Assembly: GCA_022704145.1 (NCBI GenBank)
Contig: JAKJGY010000001.1
Location: 5,445 to 69,444, forward strand
DNA: 64,000 nucleotides
Direction of reading: 5' to 3'
DNA from: Verrucomicrobiota bacterium
GTDB lineage: Bacteria; Verrucomicrobiota; Kiritimatiellia; RFP12; UBA1067
Shown here piece by piece: positions 40,260 to 50,477 of this stretch. The notes beneath the pieces are model-generated. The model made no database searches, had not been told where the DNA came from, and saw nothing but the letters and a program-made list of their open reading frames with translations. The first letter of the stretch is position 1. Every line of letters starts with the position of its first letter. Both the position numbers and the translations under genes were made by a program.

Positions 40260-41482
40260 CCCCCTGGCTGACCTTACGCATCGCCCTGCGCGCGATCGCC
40301 CGCAACAAGACCCGCTCGCTGCTGACCGCGCTAGGCATCATCGTCGGCATCGCGGCGGTCATCGCGGTCGTGTCCATCGGCCAGGGCGCGCAGACGATGA
40401 TGATGGAGCAGATCAGCAGCATCGGCACGAACCTGATCATGGTCTTTCCCGGCAGCCGCAACCAGGGCGGCGTCCACGGCGGCACAGGTTCGGTGCAGAC
40501 CCTGACCGCCGAGGACGGCGAGGCCATCGCCCATGACCTGCCGCATCTGATCCGCGCGGTCAGCCCGATCGTCCGTTCGGGCGGCCAGGCCATCTACCAG
40601 GAGAACAACTGGTCGACACAGATCCAGGGCGTCTCGGTCGAGTTTCCCGACGTCCGCAACTGGGAGGTCGCCTCCGGCGCCTTCTTCTCGGCCGCCGACC
40701 AGCGCGCGGGCGCGCGGGTCTGCGTGATCGGCCAGACGGTCGTGGACAACCTCTTCCCCGGCATCGACCCCGTCGGCAAGAGCCTGCGCATCCGTAACAT
40801 GCCCTTCCGCGTCCTGGGCGTGATGGCCCGCAAGGGCAGCAATACGATGGGCCACGACCAGGACGATGCGATCCTCGCCCCGTTCACCACCGTGCGCCGC
40901 GTCCTGTACAGCTCGGTCTTCAACAACGTCAGCATGCTGCTCGTCAGCCTCCACTCGCTCGACGACCTCCCGGTGGCCAAGGAGGAACTCAGCAAGCTGC
41001 TGCGCCAGCGCCATAAGCTCGCCCCGCATGCCGACGACGACTTCAACCTGCTCGACATGACGGAGATCAGCAACACGATCGGCAGCGTCACCAAGCTGAT
41101 GACCATCCTGCTGACCACCGTGGCCTCGATCTCCCTGCTCGTCGGGGGTATCGGCATCATGAACATCATGCTGGTCTCGGTCACCGAGCGCACGCGCGAG
41201 ATCGGGCTGCGCATGGCCGTCGGCGCCACCCCGGGCACGATCCTGCTCCAGTTCATCACCGAGGCCATGGCGCTCTCCACCGTAGGCGGGATCATCGGCG
41301 TCGCCGCAGGCATCGCAGGCGCCCGCGCCGTCGGCCGCCTCCAGCAATGGCCGATCCTCATCTCCGAGGCCTCCGTCATCGCCGCCTTCCTCTTCAGCGC
41401 CGCCATCGGCGTCTTCTTCGGCTTCTACCCGGCCCTGCGCGCCTCGCGCCTGAACCCGATCGACTGCCTGCGCTACGAGTAG
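40256..41482 (+). CDS. ABC transporter permease (MacB/FtsX family)
   Basis: MTPWLTLRIALRAIARNKTRSLLTALGIIVGIAAVIAVV... with a C-terminal FtsX domain. Paralog of 11210-12415. Confidence 0.85.
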
Positions 41483-41587
41483 TCGGCGTCTTTCGCGTTG
41501 CTGACACCAGCGGCGCCGAAACGGGCACTAGGCGCCAACAGGCCTTGCGACTGGCTCACGGAGCGTGCGGTGCGGGCGGGGCTGGCG

Positions 41588-42625
41588 TCAGTGGCGTGCG
41601 GCCTCGTCCAGAAAGGCGCGCAGATTCTCGCTGGGCACGCCCGGCGGCAGGCCGCCGCCGCAGGAGAAGATCACGCGCGAGTAGTCGCCGCCGAGCGCCT
41701 GTTTCATCGCCACCACGCACATGCGCACCTCCTCGGGCGTGCCCGCCGCCAGCACGTCTCGCGGCGGGATGTTGCCGAGCAGGGCGACCTCCGGACCGAC
41801 CAGACGGCGCATCTCGTCGATCGGGTGCTCGAAGCCGAAGTTGAAAAGGTTGACGCCCGCCGCCGCCAACTGCGGCGCGCAGCTCAGACCGTTGGCGTCG
41901 TTATGGAAGAAGCGGATCTCGCCGTCGATGGCGCCGAACACGCGCTTGAGATACGGCATGGCGAAAGTCGCCACATCGTCAGGGCCGATGAAGCCCACGA
42001 TATCGTCCAGCAGCAGCACGCCCCGGATGGACGGGATGGCGCTGGCCTGCAGCTTGACCCACTCCTCAAGGAAGCGCGTGATCGTGTCGAGCATCGCGTG
42101 AACCCCGTCAGGGTCGAACTGCATCGCCATCAGGAACTCGGTCGTGCCCATCAGGAACGAGGCGATGTTCAGCGGGCCGCGCGCCACCGCGAAGCGGATC
42201 GCGTGGCCGTGCGCCTCGATCGCGGGACGCGCCTGGGTCAGCCGGCGCAGCGTGAACGGCAGCAGCCCCGCCGAGCGCGCGTCGGGCTTCTCCAGCGTGA
42301 GCGCCCGCTCGCTCCCGCGCACCAGCGGCTCGGCGAACGGCAGCTCGTTCTCATGCCACACCAGGCGCGAGCCGAAGGCCGAAGGCTCCGTACACATCCC
42401 GAATTCAGACCAGAAGCCGGGCAGGAACACGGCGTCGTGGAAGCTGCGGGCGGCCAGCAGGTTGGTGTCCAGCCAGACCTTCTCCGAGCTGTAATAGTCG
42501 AGGATCGAGGCCTTGCCGCTCCACCCCGGCAGCCACGGGCTATCGGCGATGAACCCGCATAACGGCTTGTCCAGCCGCGCCCCGCCGACCACCGCGACCA
42601 ACGACTCCCACTGCGCCTGCGTCAT
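41588..42625 (-). CDS. uroporphyrinogen decarboxylase (URO-D) superfamily protein, MtaA/CmuA-like methyltransferase type
   Basis: 345 aa. URO-D fold hallmarks near the C-terminus are IFSCGGGLPPGVPSENLRAF, plus GVLLLDDIVGFIGP. Confidence 0.5.
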   Translation of the reverse strand: MTQAQWESLVAVVGGARLDKPLCGFIADSPWLPGWSGKASILDYYSSEKVWLDTNLLAARSFHDAVFLPGFWSEFGMCTEPSAFGSRLVWHENELPFAEPLVRGSERALTLEKPDARSAGLLPFTLRRLTQARPAIEAHGHAIRFAVARGPLNIASFLMGTTEFLMAMQFDPDGVHAMLDTITRFLEEWVKLQASAIPSIRGVLLLDDIVGFIGPDDVATFAMPYLKRVFGAIDGEIRFFHNDANGLSCAPQLAAAGVNLFNFGFEHPIDEMRRLVGPEVALLGNIPPRDVLAAGTPEEVRMCVVAMKQALGGDYSRVIFSCGGGLPPGVPSENLRAFLDEAARH

Positions 42626-42681
42626 CTTTCAGTTCCCTCCGCCCGCCGGATTAGCCGGCCTCTTACGCCCCCCCGTGCCGC

Positions 42682-43608
42682 TCACCTGGCATAGGCCTCG
42701 TACAGCTCGCCCAGCTTCGCACGTGCCGGGTCGCCCGTGAAAACCACCACGCGATACCGCAGCACGTGCTTCTCGCCTTTCGCCAGCCGGGTGGACTTGC
42801 CGTCCTGCGGCCAGTACATCGGCGTGGGCGAGAGGAAGCCGTAGTCGCGCGTGAACCAAGGCGCGGGATACCACGGGTTACCCGGATGCTGGAACAGCGC
42901 GACGCCCTCCTCCACACCGGCCCCGTGCTTACCGTAGAACGCCATCCAGCCGGACCCTTTGCCGAACGTCTCCTTCTCCCCCTTGAGGCCCTCGGCGTTG
43001 ACCATCGTGCCGCCTGCCTGCACCGCGAACGCCGGGTCGGCGCGCACGCTGAAGAACGAGTGGTTGGTCTTCTCGATCTCGACGTCGCACAGCGCCTCCA
43101 GCGTGACGGTGGCGTCTATCACACGCGTCTCCGCCGAGGGCGCGGTGAGCACATACCGCCGGGTGTCGCGGAAGGGCTCGGGCGCGCCGTCCCGCCTCCA
43201 GACGCACTTCTGACTGATGACCACCTCCTCGCCCGCCATATTCGGCAGATCGGCGCTGGTGCCGCGCTTGGCGCCCTCCAGCACGAGGCTCTCGGTGATG
43301 ATCCTCCCGCCTGCCATCTCATTCTGCCAGTAGTTGCCGCCGTTCACACGGTCGCAGCCGAACCACACCGACGCATGATGCGGATACTGCGGATTGCGCA
43401 CCGAGGTCACCGACACGCCGGAGGGTCCGTTCACGGGAAAGAAGTAGGGCAGCTTTTCGCCGGTGTTGTACCGGTAGCTCGTGAAAAACTGCCCCCCGAC
43501 CCAGACATCCACGGCGCTGTCCGACTGAAACGCCCGCACCGTCTCCGCCCGGACACAATATGCCGCAGACACCAGGGCCGCGACAAGCACAAGAGCACGC
43601 GGTCTCAT
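42682..43608 (-). CDS. secreted PmoA-like / DUF6807 family protein
   Basis: Signal peptide, then WVGGQFFTSYRYN...LPYFFPVNGPSGVSVT...HHASVWFGCDRVNG. This family is typically paired with a Gfo/Idh/MocA oxidoreductase, as it is here. Confidence 0.55.
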   Translation of the reverse strand: MRPRALVLVAALVSAAYCVRAETVRAFQSDSAVDVWVGGQFFTSYRYNTGEKLPYFFPVNGPSGVSVTSVRNPQYPHHASVWFGCDRVNGGNYWQNEMAGGRIITESLVLEGAKRGTSADLPNMAGEEVVISQKCVWRRDGAPEPFRDTRRYVLTAPSAETRVIDATVTLEALCDVEIEKTNHSFFSVRADPAFAVQAGGTMVNAEGLKGEKETFGKGSGWMAFYGKHGAGVEEGVALFQHPGNPWYPAPWFTRDYGFLSPTPMYWPQDGKSTRLAKGEKHVLRYRVVVFTGDPARAKLGELYEAYAR

Positions 43609-43611
43609 CGT

Positions 43612-45015
43612 TTAAGCCCTCTTGCTCAGCCGTTCGAAAGCCCGACGCGTGCCGTACGGCGCGCGCTCCTCGCGCGCCAGCAGGGCGTTCGCCGCGTCAT
43701 CCCCGACAAACCGCTCCGCGGCAGGGTCCCACGCCAGCTTACGGCCCAGCTTCATGCCGATGTGCGCCAGCAGGCAGGCGCTGCACGAGCGGTGCGCGGT
43801 CTCGGCCGGCACCAGCGTCTCGGCCCGCGTGCGGATGCAGTCGATCCAGTTCTGATGGTGGTTGCCGCGATGTTTGTACAGCCGAACCGCCCCCTCGCCC
43901 AGGTCGCCCTCCAGCAGCGCCGGGTCGCTGGCGTCGAGCGCCTTAAGGGGCTTGCCTGGGGAGGTGGGGTCGGAGGCCGTCATCTTGGCCGCGCCGCGGC
44001 TAACGAAGATCCAGCCCTTCTCGCCGATGAAACGCACGCCGTTGGGGTACTTGTCCCACACGCGCATCGGCGTGCCGTCCGCATAGGTCAGCGTCACGTC
44101 ATACTCGCCGTGCACATCCCAAAGCCCGCCGGTATGGAACTGGCCCTTGCCCTCAATGGCCACCGGCCCTGTCGCCTCCCACCCCATGGCCCAGTGCGCG
44201 ATGTCGAGGTGGTGCGAGCCCCAGCCGGTGATCATGCCGGCGCCGAACTGCTCGCAGCGCAGCCAGCCGGGCCGGGAAGCGAGCTTCGCGTCGTCCTGTT
44301 TGTGAACGCGGTCCTCGGTATAGAACACCTGCGGCGTCGAACCCAGCCACATCTCGTAGTTCAGATTCGACGGCACCGGCATCTCCTCGGTGCGGCCGCC
44401 CGCCGGATCGCCGGGAAGCCCGATCTCGATCGACCGGACCTTGCCGATACGCCCGTTGCGCACCAGCTCGCACGCGCGGTGGAACTGCTCGCTGGAGCGC
44501 TGTTGCGACCCGAGCAGGAACACCCGCCCGTTGCGCCGTATCGCGTCGCTGAAAAGCCGCCCCTCCGTGATCGTCAGCGAGGCCGGCTTCTGCATGTAGA
44601 CGTCCTTGCCCGCGAAAGCCGCCTCGACCGCCGGCTGACTGTGCCAGTGGTCCGGCGTGGAGATCGCGACCGCGTCCACATCCGTCCGCGCCAGCAGCTC
44701 GCGGTAGTCCTGGTAAGTCTTGAGGTCTACCGAGGTCTTACGCTTCGCATATTCCGCGTCGATGAACTGCTTACCCAGCGCCATGCGCTGCGTGTCCAGA
44801 TCGGCGAGCGCCACGTACCTCACGCCCTTGCACGCCAGGACACCCGGCACATCCATGCTTTTGCCGATCCGTCCGAAGCCGATCTGGCCCACCTGGATCG
44901 TCTTGCTGGGCGCCTCCTGCCCCAGCACCCGCGCCGGTATGATTGTCGGAAAACCGGCCGCCAGGACGCTCGTCGCCCCCACCTTCATCGCCTGCCTACG
45001 TGTCATCTGTCTCAT
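43612..45015 (-). CDS. Tat-secreted Gfo/Idh/MocA-family NAD(P)-dependent oxidoreductase
   Basis: Twin-arginine signal MTRRQAMKVGATSVLAAG. Rossmann motif QVGQIGFGRIGKS. Gfo/Idh/MocA core EKPASLTITEG. Start set at 45015. Confidence 0.8.
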   Translation of the reverse strand: MRQMTRRQAMKVGATSVLAAGFPTIIPARVLGQEAPSKTIQVGQIGFGRIGKSMDVPGVLACKGVRYVALADLDTQRMALGKQFIDAEYAKRKTSVDLKTYQDYRELLARTDVDAVAISTPDHWHSQPAVEAAFAGKDVYMQKPASLTITEGRLFSDAIRRNGRVFLLGSQQRSSEQFHRACELVRNGRIGKVRSIEIGLPGDPAGGRTEEMPVPSNLNYEMWLGSTPQVFYTEDRVHKQDDAKLASRPGWLRCEQFGAGMITGWGSHHLDIAHWAMGWEATGPVAIEGKGQFHTGGLWDVHGEYDVTLTYADGTPMRVWDKYPNGVRFIGEKGWIFVSRGAAKMTASDPTSPGKPLKALDASDPALLEGDLGEGAVRLYKHRGNHHQNWIDCIRTRAETLVPAETAHRSCSACLLAHIGMKLGRKLAWDPAAERFVGDDAANALLAREERAPYGTRRAFERLSKRA

Positions 45016-45276
45016 GCTCCCGCCCCTTTCGACTTCGATAGACGCTTCAATGGTTAACGATAATACGCTTGTGTCGCAAAGTTGGCTATTGCATTTTTCA
45101 AGCAAACAGGTGCAAATTGTCGCCAGCGTCAGGCGCACGCCCAGCCTCGCACACGGCCGCGGCAGGCATGCTCGCCCATCGGCCCCGACCCTGCTGCGAC
45201 CGCCCGTCCGAAACGCATGCGGCCGCAGGAGACACTCCTGCGGCCGCTTCTCCAGGCGCATATCCCGCGCGAAGGG

Positions 45277-46482
45277 TTACGCCTCCTCCTCGCCGTAGAG
45301 CTGTTCCAGAGCGTCTCCGACCATCTCGATCGCCTCCTCCAGGTCGCTCTCCTTGATGTTCAGGGGCGGCAGGAAGCGGACGACGCTCTCGCCGGCCGCG
45401 CAGCAGAGCAGCCCCATCTCACGGCAGGCCTCGACCACCTCCTTAGCCGGGCCATCGACCACCAGCCCGACCATCAGGCCCTTGCCACGCACCTCCAGAA
45501 CCTGCTTGTACTTTTCGACGAACGCGCTCAGCCCCTCGACAAAAAGCGTGCCGAAGTCGGCGGCGTGCTTGACCAGCGCCTCCTCCTCGATCACATCCAT
45601 CACGGCCATGGCCGCGACGCTGGAGACCGGATTGCCGCCGAACGTCGAGGCGTGCATGCCCGGCTTGAACAGGTCGGAAAGCGCCGGCGACGCCACGAGC
45701 GCGCCCATCGGGATGCCGTCGGCCAGCGCCTTGGCCAGCGTGAAGGCGTCCGGCTTGATCGGGAAGTTCTGCCAGCCGAACCACTTGCCCGTACGCCCCA
45801 TACCGCACTGCACCTCGTCGCAGAGCAGCAGCAGGCCGGACTCGTCGCAGAGCTTGCGCAGGCCGACGACGAACTCCTCGGTCGCCGGCACCACGCCGCC
45901 CTCGCCCTGCACCGCCTCGATCATGACCGCCACGGTCCGCTCATTGATCGCCGCGCGCACCGACTCGAGGTTGTTGAACTCCGCGTAGGCGAAGCCGATC
46001 GGCAGCGGGTCGAACCCCTTCTGCACCTTGGCCTGGCCGGTGGCGGCGATCGTCGCCAGCGTCCGTCCATGGAAGGAGTTCTGCATGGTGATGATCTCGA
46101 ACTTGCCCTTCTCATGCCCCCAGAGGCGGGCGAGCTTGATCATCGCCTCGTTGGCCTCGGCACCCGAGTTACAGAAAAAGCACTTGCCGTTGAGCGAGAG
46201 CTTCGAGAGGCGCTGCGCCAGCAGGGCCTGGCTCGCGTTGAAAAACAGGTTGGAGCAGTGGCCGAGCGTCGCGACCTGATCGTGGATCGCCTTCACCACC
46301 TTCGGATGGCAGTGCCCGACATTATGCACGGCGATACCTGCCGTGAAGTCGAGGTAGGTCTTCCCTTCCGGATCGCGCACCTTACAGCCACTCCCGCTGC
46401 TGAGCGTGGCGCTCGGCGCATAGGTGCTCATCACATACTGGTCAAACAACGCGGCAATGTCCGTGCTCTTACTCATCTGCAA
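45277..46482 (-). CDS. argD: acetylornithine aminotransferase (class III PLP aminotransferase, ArgD)
   Basis: GIAVHNVGHCHPKVVKAIHDQ, LLCDEVQCGMGRTGK (the PLP lysine region), GKALADGIPMGA. Confidence 0.85.
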   Translation of the reverse strand: MQMSKSTDIAALFDQYVMSTYAPSATLSSGSGCKVRDPEGKTYLDFTAGIAVHNVGHCHPKVVKAIHDQVATLGHCSNLFFNASQALLAQRLSKLSLNGKCFFCNSGAEANEAMIKLARLWGHEKGKFEIITMQNSFHGRTLATIAATGQAKVQKGFDPLPIGFAYAEFNNLESVRAAINERTVAVMIEAVQGEGGVVPATEEFVVGLRKLCDESGLLLLCDEVQCGMGRTGKWFGWQNFPIKPDAFTLAKALADGIPMGALVASPALSDLFKPGMHASTFGGNPVSSVAAMAVMDVIEEEALVKHAADFGTLFVEGLSAFVEKYKQVLEVRGKGLMVGLVVDGPAKEVVEACREMGLLCCAAGESVVRFLPPLNIKESDLEEAIEMVGDALEQLYGEEEA

Positions 46483-47347
46483 TAATCTCCGTTCCTACAC
46501 CTTGTCTCGTAAAGATCTCCAACAGCAACGAGTGCGGCATCCGGCCGTCGATCAGGTGGACTTTACCCACCCCCGCCCGGATCGCCTCCACGCAACTGTC
46601 CAGCTTCGGCAACATGCCGCCGCCTACCACGCCCTTCTCCTTCAGCTTGCGCACGCTCCCCACCCGCAACGTCGCGAGCAGGCTGGTGGGGTCGTTGACG
46701 TCCATCAGCAGACCGGGCACGTCTGAGACAAACGCCAGTTTGCGCACCTTCATGGCCTTGGCAAGGGCCGCCGCCGCCGTATCCGCATTGACGTTGTACA
46801 CCTTACCATCCGGACCGACCCCGAGCGGCGTCACCGCAGGCACGATACCCGCGTCGAGCATCTCGATCACGGGCCGCGCGTCCACGGCCACCGGCTCGCC
46901 CACATACCCCCAGTCGACCGGCGCCCCGGTCGCAGGGTCGTGACCGAGCTTCTTCTCGACCGTAAAGATCCAGTCACCGTGCAGCGGCCGCGCATTGGCC
47001 TTGTGCTTGCGCAAGAGGCTCACCACGCAGGCGTTCACCTCGTCCTTGATGACCTGCTCGACCACCCGCACCGCCTCCGCCGTGGTCACGCGCAGGCCCA
47101 TCACGAAATGCGGCGCGATACCCGCCCGCTCCATGCCGCGCGAGATCGCCTTGCCGCCCCCGTGGACCAGCACCGTCTTGATGCCGACCGCATTCATGAA
47201 CGCGATGTCCGTCAGCAGGCTCTCGAGGTTCTCCGGAACCTCCATCACACTGCCGCCGACCTTCACGAGCACGACCGAGCCCTTGAAGTCCTGGATGTAG
47301 GGCAGCGCCTCGACCAGCGCCGCCGCCTTTTCAATGATTCTCTGCAT
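46469..47347 (-). CDS. argB: acetylglutamate kinase (ArgB)
   Basis: VVLVKVGGSVM, VLVHGGGKAI, NVNADTAAAALA and PKLDSCVEAI are all ArgB signatures. Confidence 0.9.
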   Translation of the reverse strand: MQRIIEKAAALVEALPYIQDFKGSVVLVKVGGSVMEVPENLESLLTDIAFMNAVGIKTVLVHGGGKAISRGMERAGIAPHFVMGLRVTTAEAVRVVEQVIKDEVNACVVSLLRKHKANARPLHGDWIFTVEKKLGHDPATGAPVDWGYVGEPVAVDARPVIEMLDAGIVPAVTPLGVGPDGKVYNVNADTAAAALAKAMKVRKLAFVSDVPGLLMDVNDPTSLLATLRVGSVRKLKEKGVVGGGMLPKLDSCVEAIRAGVGKVHLIDGRMPHSLLLEIFTRQGVGTEIIADE

Positions 47348-47921
47348 GCGCCTCTTCCCGCCCGTCCGCCTGCCTGACAGTCCCCGCTTCAGCCGACCCC
47401 TTCAGCCTCAGCCGGACATCCTCCGGAAGGGCCTCCTCCAGCGCGGGATGGCTCTCTACCAGACGCAGAATATCGAGCCAATCCTTCTGCCGTTTGCTGG
47501 CACGCCGCTGCGGATCGGAAAAGGCAGCCAGCTTACCCTTTAACGTGTCGTCCCGCGAGGCCACCCGCATCAGGATACCCCACACGTCCGCCGCCACGGC
47601 CCGCGCCGGAAACGCCCGATACCGCTCAGCAGTGGAGATCTGCACGCTGACTTTGGAACGGCCCTTCAGGTTTACCGACCAAGGGAACCGTTCAGCCCTG
47701 AACCCCGCAGACTCTAACGCCCGGACCGCCTCATCGACCCGTTCCAAAGCGATCACAAGATCGACGTCCGCCGTCACTATGGGCTCATCCGCCCAATGGT
47801 TCACCGCAACTCCACCGATCACACACCAAGGCACATCCAGACGCTCCAGCACAGAAACGAGGAGCATCACGTCCCCCCCGCCTCCTGCCGTCTGCCAGTC
47901 GTAAAATGCCTTTTCCGTCAT
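47331..47921 (-). CDS. small nucleotidyltransferase-fold protein (minimal NTase / MNT-like), inserted between argJ and argB
   Basis: LLVSVLERLDVPWCVIGGVAVNHWADEPIVTADVDLVIA gives the hG[GS]...DhD pattern of pol-beta-like NTases. Its start and the argB start share an identical 31-bp upstream sequence. Confidence 0.55.
   Translation of the reverse strand: MTEKAFYDWQTAGGGGDVMLLVSVLERLDVPWCVIGGVAVNHWADEPIVTADVDLVIALERVDEAVRALESAGFRAERFPWSVNLKGRSKVSVQISTAERYRAFPARAVAADVWGILMRVASRDDTLKGKLAAFSDPQRRASKRQKDWLDILRLVESHPALEEALPEDVRLRLKGSAEAGTVRQADGREEAHAENH
47345..47375. repeat. 31-bp direct repeat CATGCGCCTCTTCCCGCCCGTCCGCCTGCCT, copy 1 (contains the argB start codon and ribosome-binding site)
   Basis: An identical 31-mer occurs at 47919-47949, where it contains the NTase start codon. 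Confidence 0.9.
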
Positions 47922-47949
47922 GCGCCTCTTCCCGCCCGTCCGCCTGCCT
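47919..47949. repeat. 31-bp direct repeat, copy 2
   Basis: Identical to 47345-47375. Confidence 0.9.
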
Positions 47950-49163
47950 TACGTCGTGTATTCGGCGTTGATCTTCACGTAGTCGTACGAGAAGTCGCAC
48001 GTGTAGACCGTGTCGTCGCCGTCGCCGAGATTCAAGTTGACCGTCACGTCGAACGCGCGCTTGCGCATCACGTCCTGCATATCCTTAAGCTGCTCCTTGT
48101 CGGCCACACGCCCCTGGTCGTAGGCGCAGATCTCGCCGTAGTAGATCTGGGCGCGCTGGTCATCGACCTCCGCTCCCGAATACCCCACCGCCGCGATCAC
48201 ACGTCCCCAGTTAGGGTCGATGCCGAACCACGAGGTCTTGACCAGCGCCGACTTCGAGACGGCGCGCGCGGCCTTCTGCGCGTCTTCGCGCGTGCGGGCG
48301 CCCTTCACGCGCACCGTCACGAACTTGGTCGCGCCCTCGCCGTCCAGCACCATCTTCTTGCCCAGCTCCAGGCAGACCCGCGTCAGCGCGTCGACAAAAT
48401 ACTGCCACTGCGGGTGGTACGGCGTAAGCGTCTGGTTGCCGGCCGCCCCGTTCGCCAGCAGGATCACCGTGTCGTTGGTGCTGCGGTCGCCGTCCACCAC
48501 CACCCGGTTAAAGCTCAGCTCGACCGACTCGCGCAACGCCTGGTCCAGCGCCTTGGGATGCACCGCCGCATCCGTCGTCAGAAACCCGAGCATCGTCGCC
48601 ATATTGGGCTCGATCATCCCCGAACCCTTGCACATGCCGCCGATATAGACCGTCTTGCCGTCGATCTCCAGCTCCACGGCCACCTGCTTGTCCACCGTAT
48701 CGGTCGTCATGATCGCGCACGCCGCGTCGTGCCCGCCCGTGCGGCTCAGCGCCGCCGACGCCGCCCGCACGCCCGCCGCGATCCGCTCCATCGGCAGGTT
48801 CACCCCGATCACGCCCGTGGAGCAGACCAGCACCAGCCGCTCCTCGACACCCAGCGCCTCCGCCGTCAGACGCGCCATCTCCACCGCGTTGGCCAGGCCG
48901 GTCGCGCCGGTGCAGGCGTTGGCGCAGCCGCTGTTGACGACCACCGCCTGCGCCACACCGCCCCGCGTCCGCTCACGGTCGACCTGCACCGGCGCAGCCG
49001 CCACCTTGTTCGTGGTATAGACCGCCGCCACCGCTGCCGGCCCATCGGCCACAAGCAACGCCAAGTCCTTACGGTTCTGGTACTTGATGCCGGCCGCCAC
49101 ACCACACGCGCGGAACCCGCACGGGGCCGTGACGCCGCCTTCCACTAGTTCAAACGTCTTCAT
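47949..49163 (-). CDS. argJ: bifunctional glutamate N-acetyltransferase / amino-acid acetyltransferase (ArgJ)
   Basis: GFRACGVAAGIK...NSGCANACTG...ATMLGFLTTDA (the autocatalytic ATML|G cleavage site)...GEGATKF. Confidence 0.9.
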   Translation of the reverse strand: MKTFELVEGGVTAPCGFRACGVAAGIKYQNRKDLALLVADGPAAVAAVYTTNKVAAAPVQVDRERTRGGVAQAVVVNSGCANACTGATGLANAVEMARLTAEALGVEERLVLVCSTGVIGVNLPMERIAAGVRAASAALSRTGGHDAACAIMTTDTVDKQVAVELEIDGKTVYIGGMCKGSGMIEPNMATMLGFLTTDAAVHPKALDQALRESVELSFNRVVVDGDRSTNDTVILLANGAAGNQTLTPYHPQWQYFVDALTRVCLELGKKMVLDGEGATKFVTVRVKGARTREDAQKAARAVSKSALVKTSWFGIDPNWGRVIAAVGYSGAEVDDQRAQIYYGEICAYDQGRVADKEQLKDMQDVMRKRAFDVTVNLNLGDGDDTVYTCDFSYDYVKINAEYTT

Positions 49164-49392
49164 GTCAGTCCGTCCGGAGGGTGCCTGTCCAACCGCCTGC
49201 CGCTCACCGCAGCAAACACACTACACCCCCCTTTTCCGAATCGCATATCTTCAATTATTCCGTCGGCAAAGTCGATGAAAAACAGCCGTAGCGCGAAAAT
49301 TAACAAGTCGCCGATTCGCCTTGCGGTTTTTAGCGCCCCTCCCTAGACTGTCACACCGTGTTCCGTTAACCCAGTTAACCCAGGAGCTGATT

Positions 49393-50469
49393 ATGGACCA
49401 ACAGGCGCTCGACCTCCTCCAACACCTTGTGGCCACCCCCACCCCGACCGGTTTCGAGTACGACGGCATGCGCGTGCTGGCCGACTACCTGAAAGCCGCC
49501 GGGGTCCCCGGACTGGCGATCGACGTGCACGGCAACCTGCGCGCCTGCCTCAATCCCTCCGCACCCTTGCGCGTGATGATCGAGGGCCATTGCGACGAGA
49601 TCGGCTTCGTGGTGCAGTATATCGACGACGACGGCTTCCTCTATATGGCCCCCCTCGGCGGCGTCACCGTCCCGACGCTCGCCTCGGAGCGGATCGTGAT
49701 CCAAGGCAAGGACGGCCCCGTGGCGGGCGTCTTCGGCGTGCGCCCCCCCCACCTGCTCTCCGCCAAAGATCGTGAGAAGCTCGCCCCGCAGGAACTGAAG
49801 GACATCGCGGTCGATATCGGCGCCACGAGCAAGGCGGACGCGCTCGCGCTCGTCGACCTCGGCAGCCCCGCCGTCATCGACGCCGGCTGGCGCCCCCTCG
49901 CCAACCGTCGCGTCGCCTGCCGCGGCTTCGACAACCGTATCGGCGCCTTTATCGTGACCGAAGCCATGCGGCGCCTCGCGCGCGAGAAGCTCGCCGTCGC
50001 CCTCCATATGGTCGCCAGCGTCCAGGAGGAGGTCGGCCTCGTCGGCGGCATCACCACCGCCTATGACGTGGCCCCCCATATCGGGCTCTGCGTCGACGTC
50101 ACCTTCGCCACCGACTCGCAGAAGGAGGACCGGAAAGTCGCCGGCGACATCCGCGTCGGCGGAGGCCCCGTCGTCGGCGTCGGCCCGACCTACCACACCC
50201 GCCTGAACCGCCTCGTGCTGGACGCCGCCGCGCGTACCGGCCTCGGCGTCCAGCGCCAGGTGCGCTGCCGCGGCACCGGCACCTGCGCCTGGGCCATGCG
50301 CCTGTCACGCTCGGGCGCCGCCGTGGCCCAGCTCAGCATCCCCGTGCGCTACATACACAGCCCGGTCGAGGTGCTCAGCCTTGACGACGCCGCGCAGACC
50401 ATCGACCTGCTCTGCGCGTCGATCCTCGCCATCCCCGCGAACCTGGACCTTCTGCCCCCCCAGCCCTAA
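49393..50469 (+). CDS. M42-family aminopeptidase (FrvX/glutamyl aminopeptidase-like)
   Basis: LLQHLVATPTPTGFE...MIEGHCDEIGFVV...RGFDNRIGA...VQEEVGLVGG. The ribosome-binding site AGGAG precedes the ATG at 49393. Confidence 0.7.
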   Translation: MDQQALDLLQHLVATPTPTGFEYDGMRVLADYLKAAGVPGLAIDVHGNLRACLNPSAPLRVMIEGHCDEIGFVVQYIDDDGFLYMAPLGGVTVPTLASERIVIQGKDGPVAGVFGVRPPHLLSAKDREKLAPQELKDIAVDIGATSKADALALVDLGSPAVIDAGWRPLANRRVACRGFDNRIGAFIVTEAMRRLAREKLAVALHMVASVQEEVGLVGGITTAYDVAPHIGLCVDVTFATDSQKEDRKVAGDIRVGGGPVVGVGPTYHTRLNRLVLDAAARTGLGVQRQVRCRGTGTCAWAMRLSRSGAAVAQLSIPVRYIHSPVEVLSLDDAAQTIDLLCASILAIPANLDLLPPQP

Positions 50470-50477
50470 GCCCGACC

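Noticed and set aside
49364-49383. Tandem GTTAACCCA x2 just upstream of the M42 peptidase ribosome-binding site
   Set aside because: It is only two short units and could be chance. It is noted, but there is no basis to call a regulatory site.
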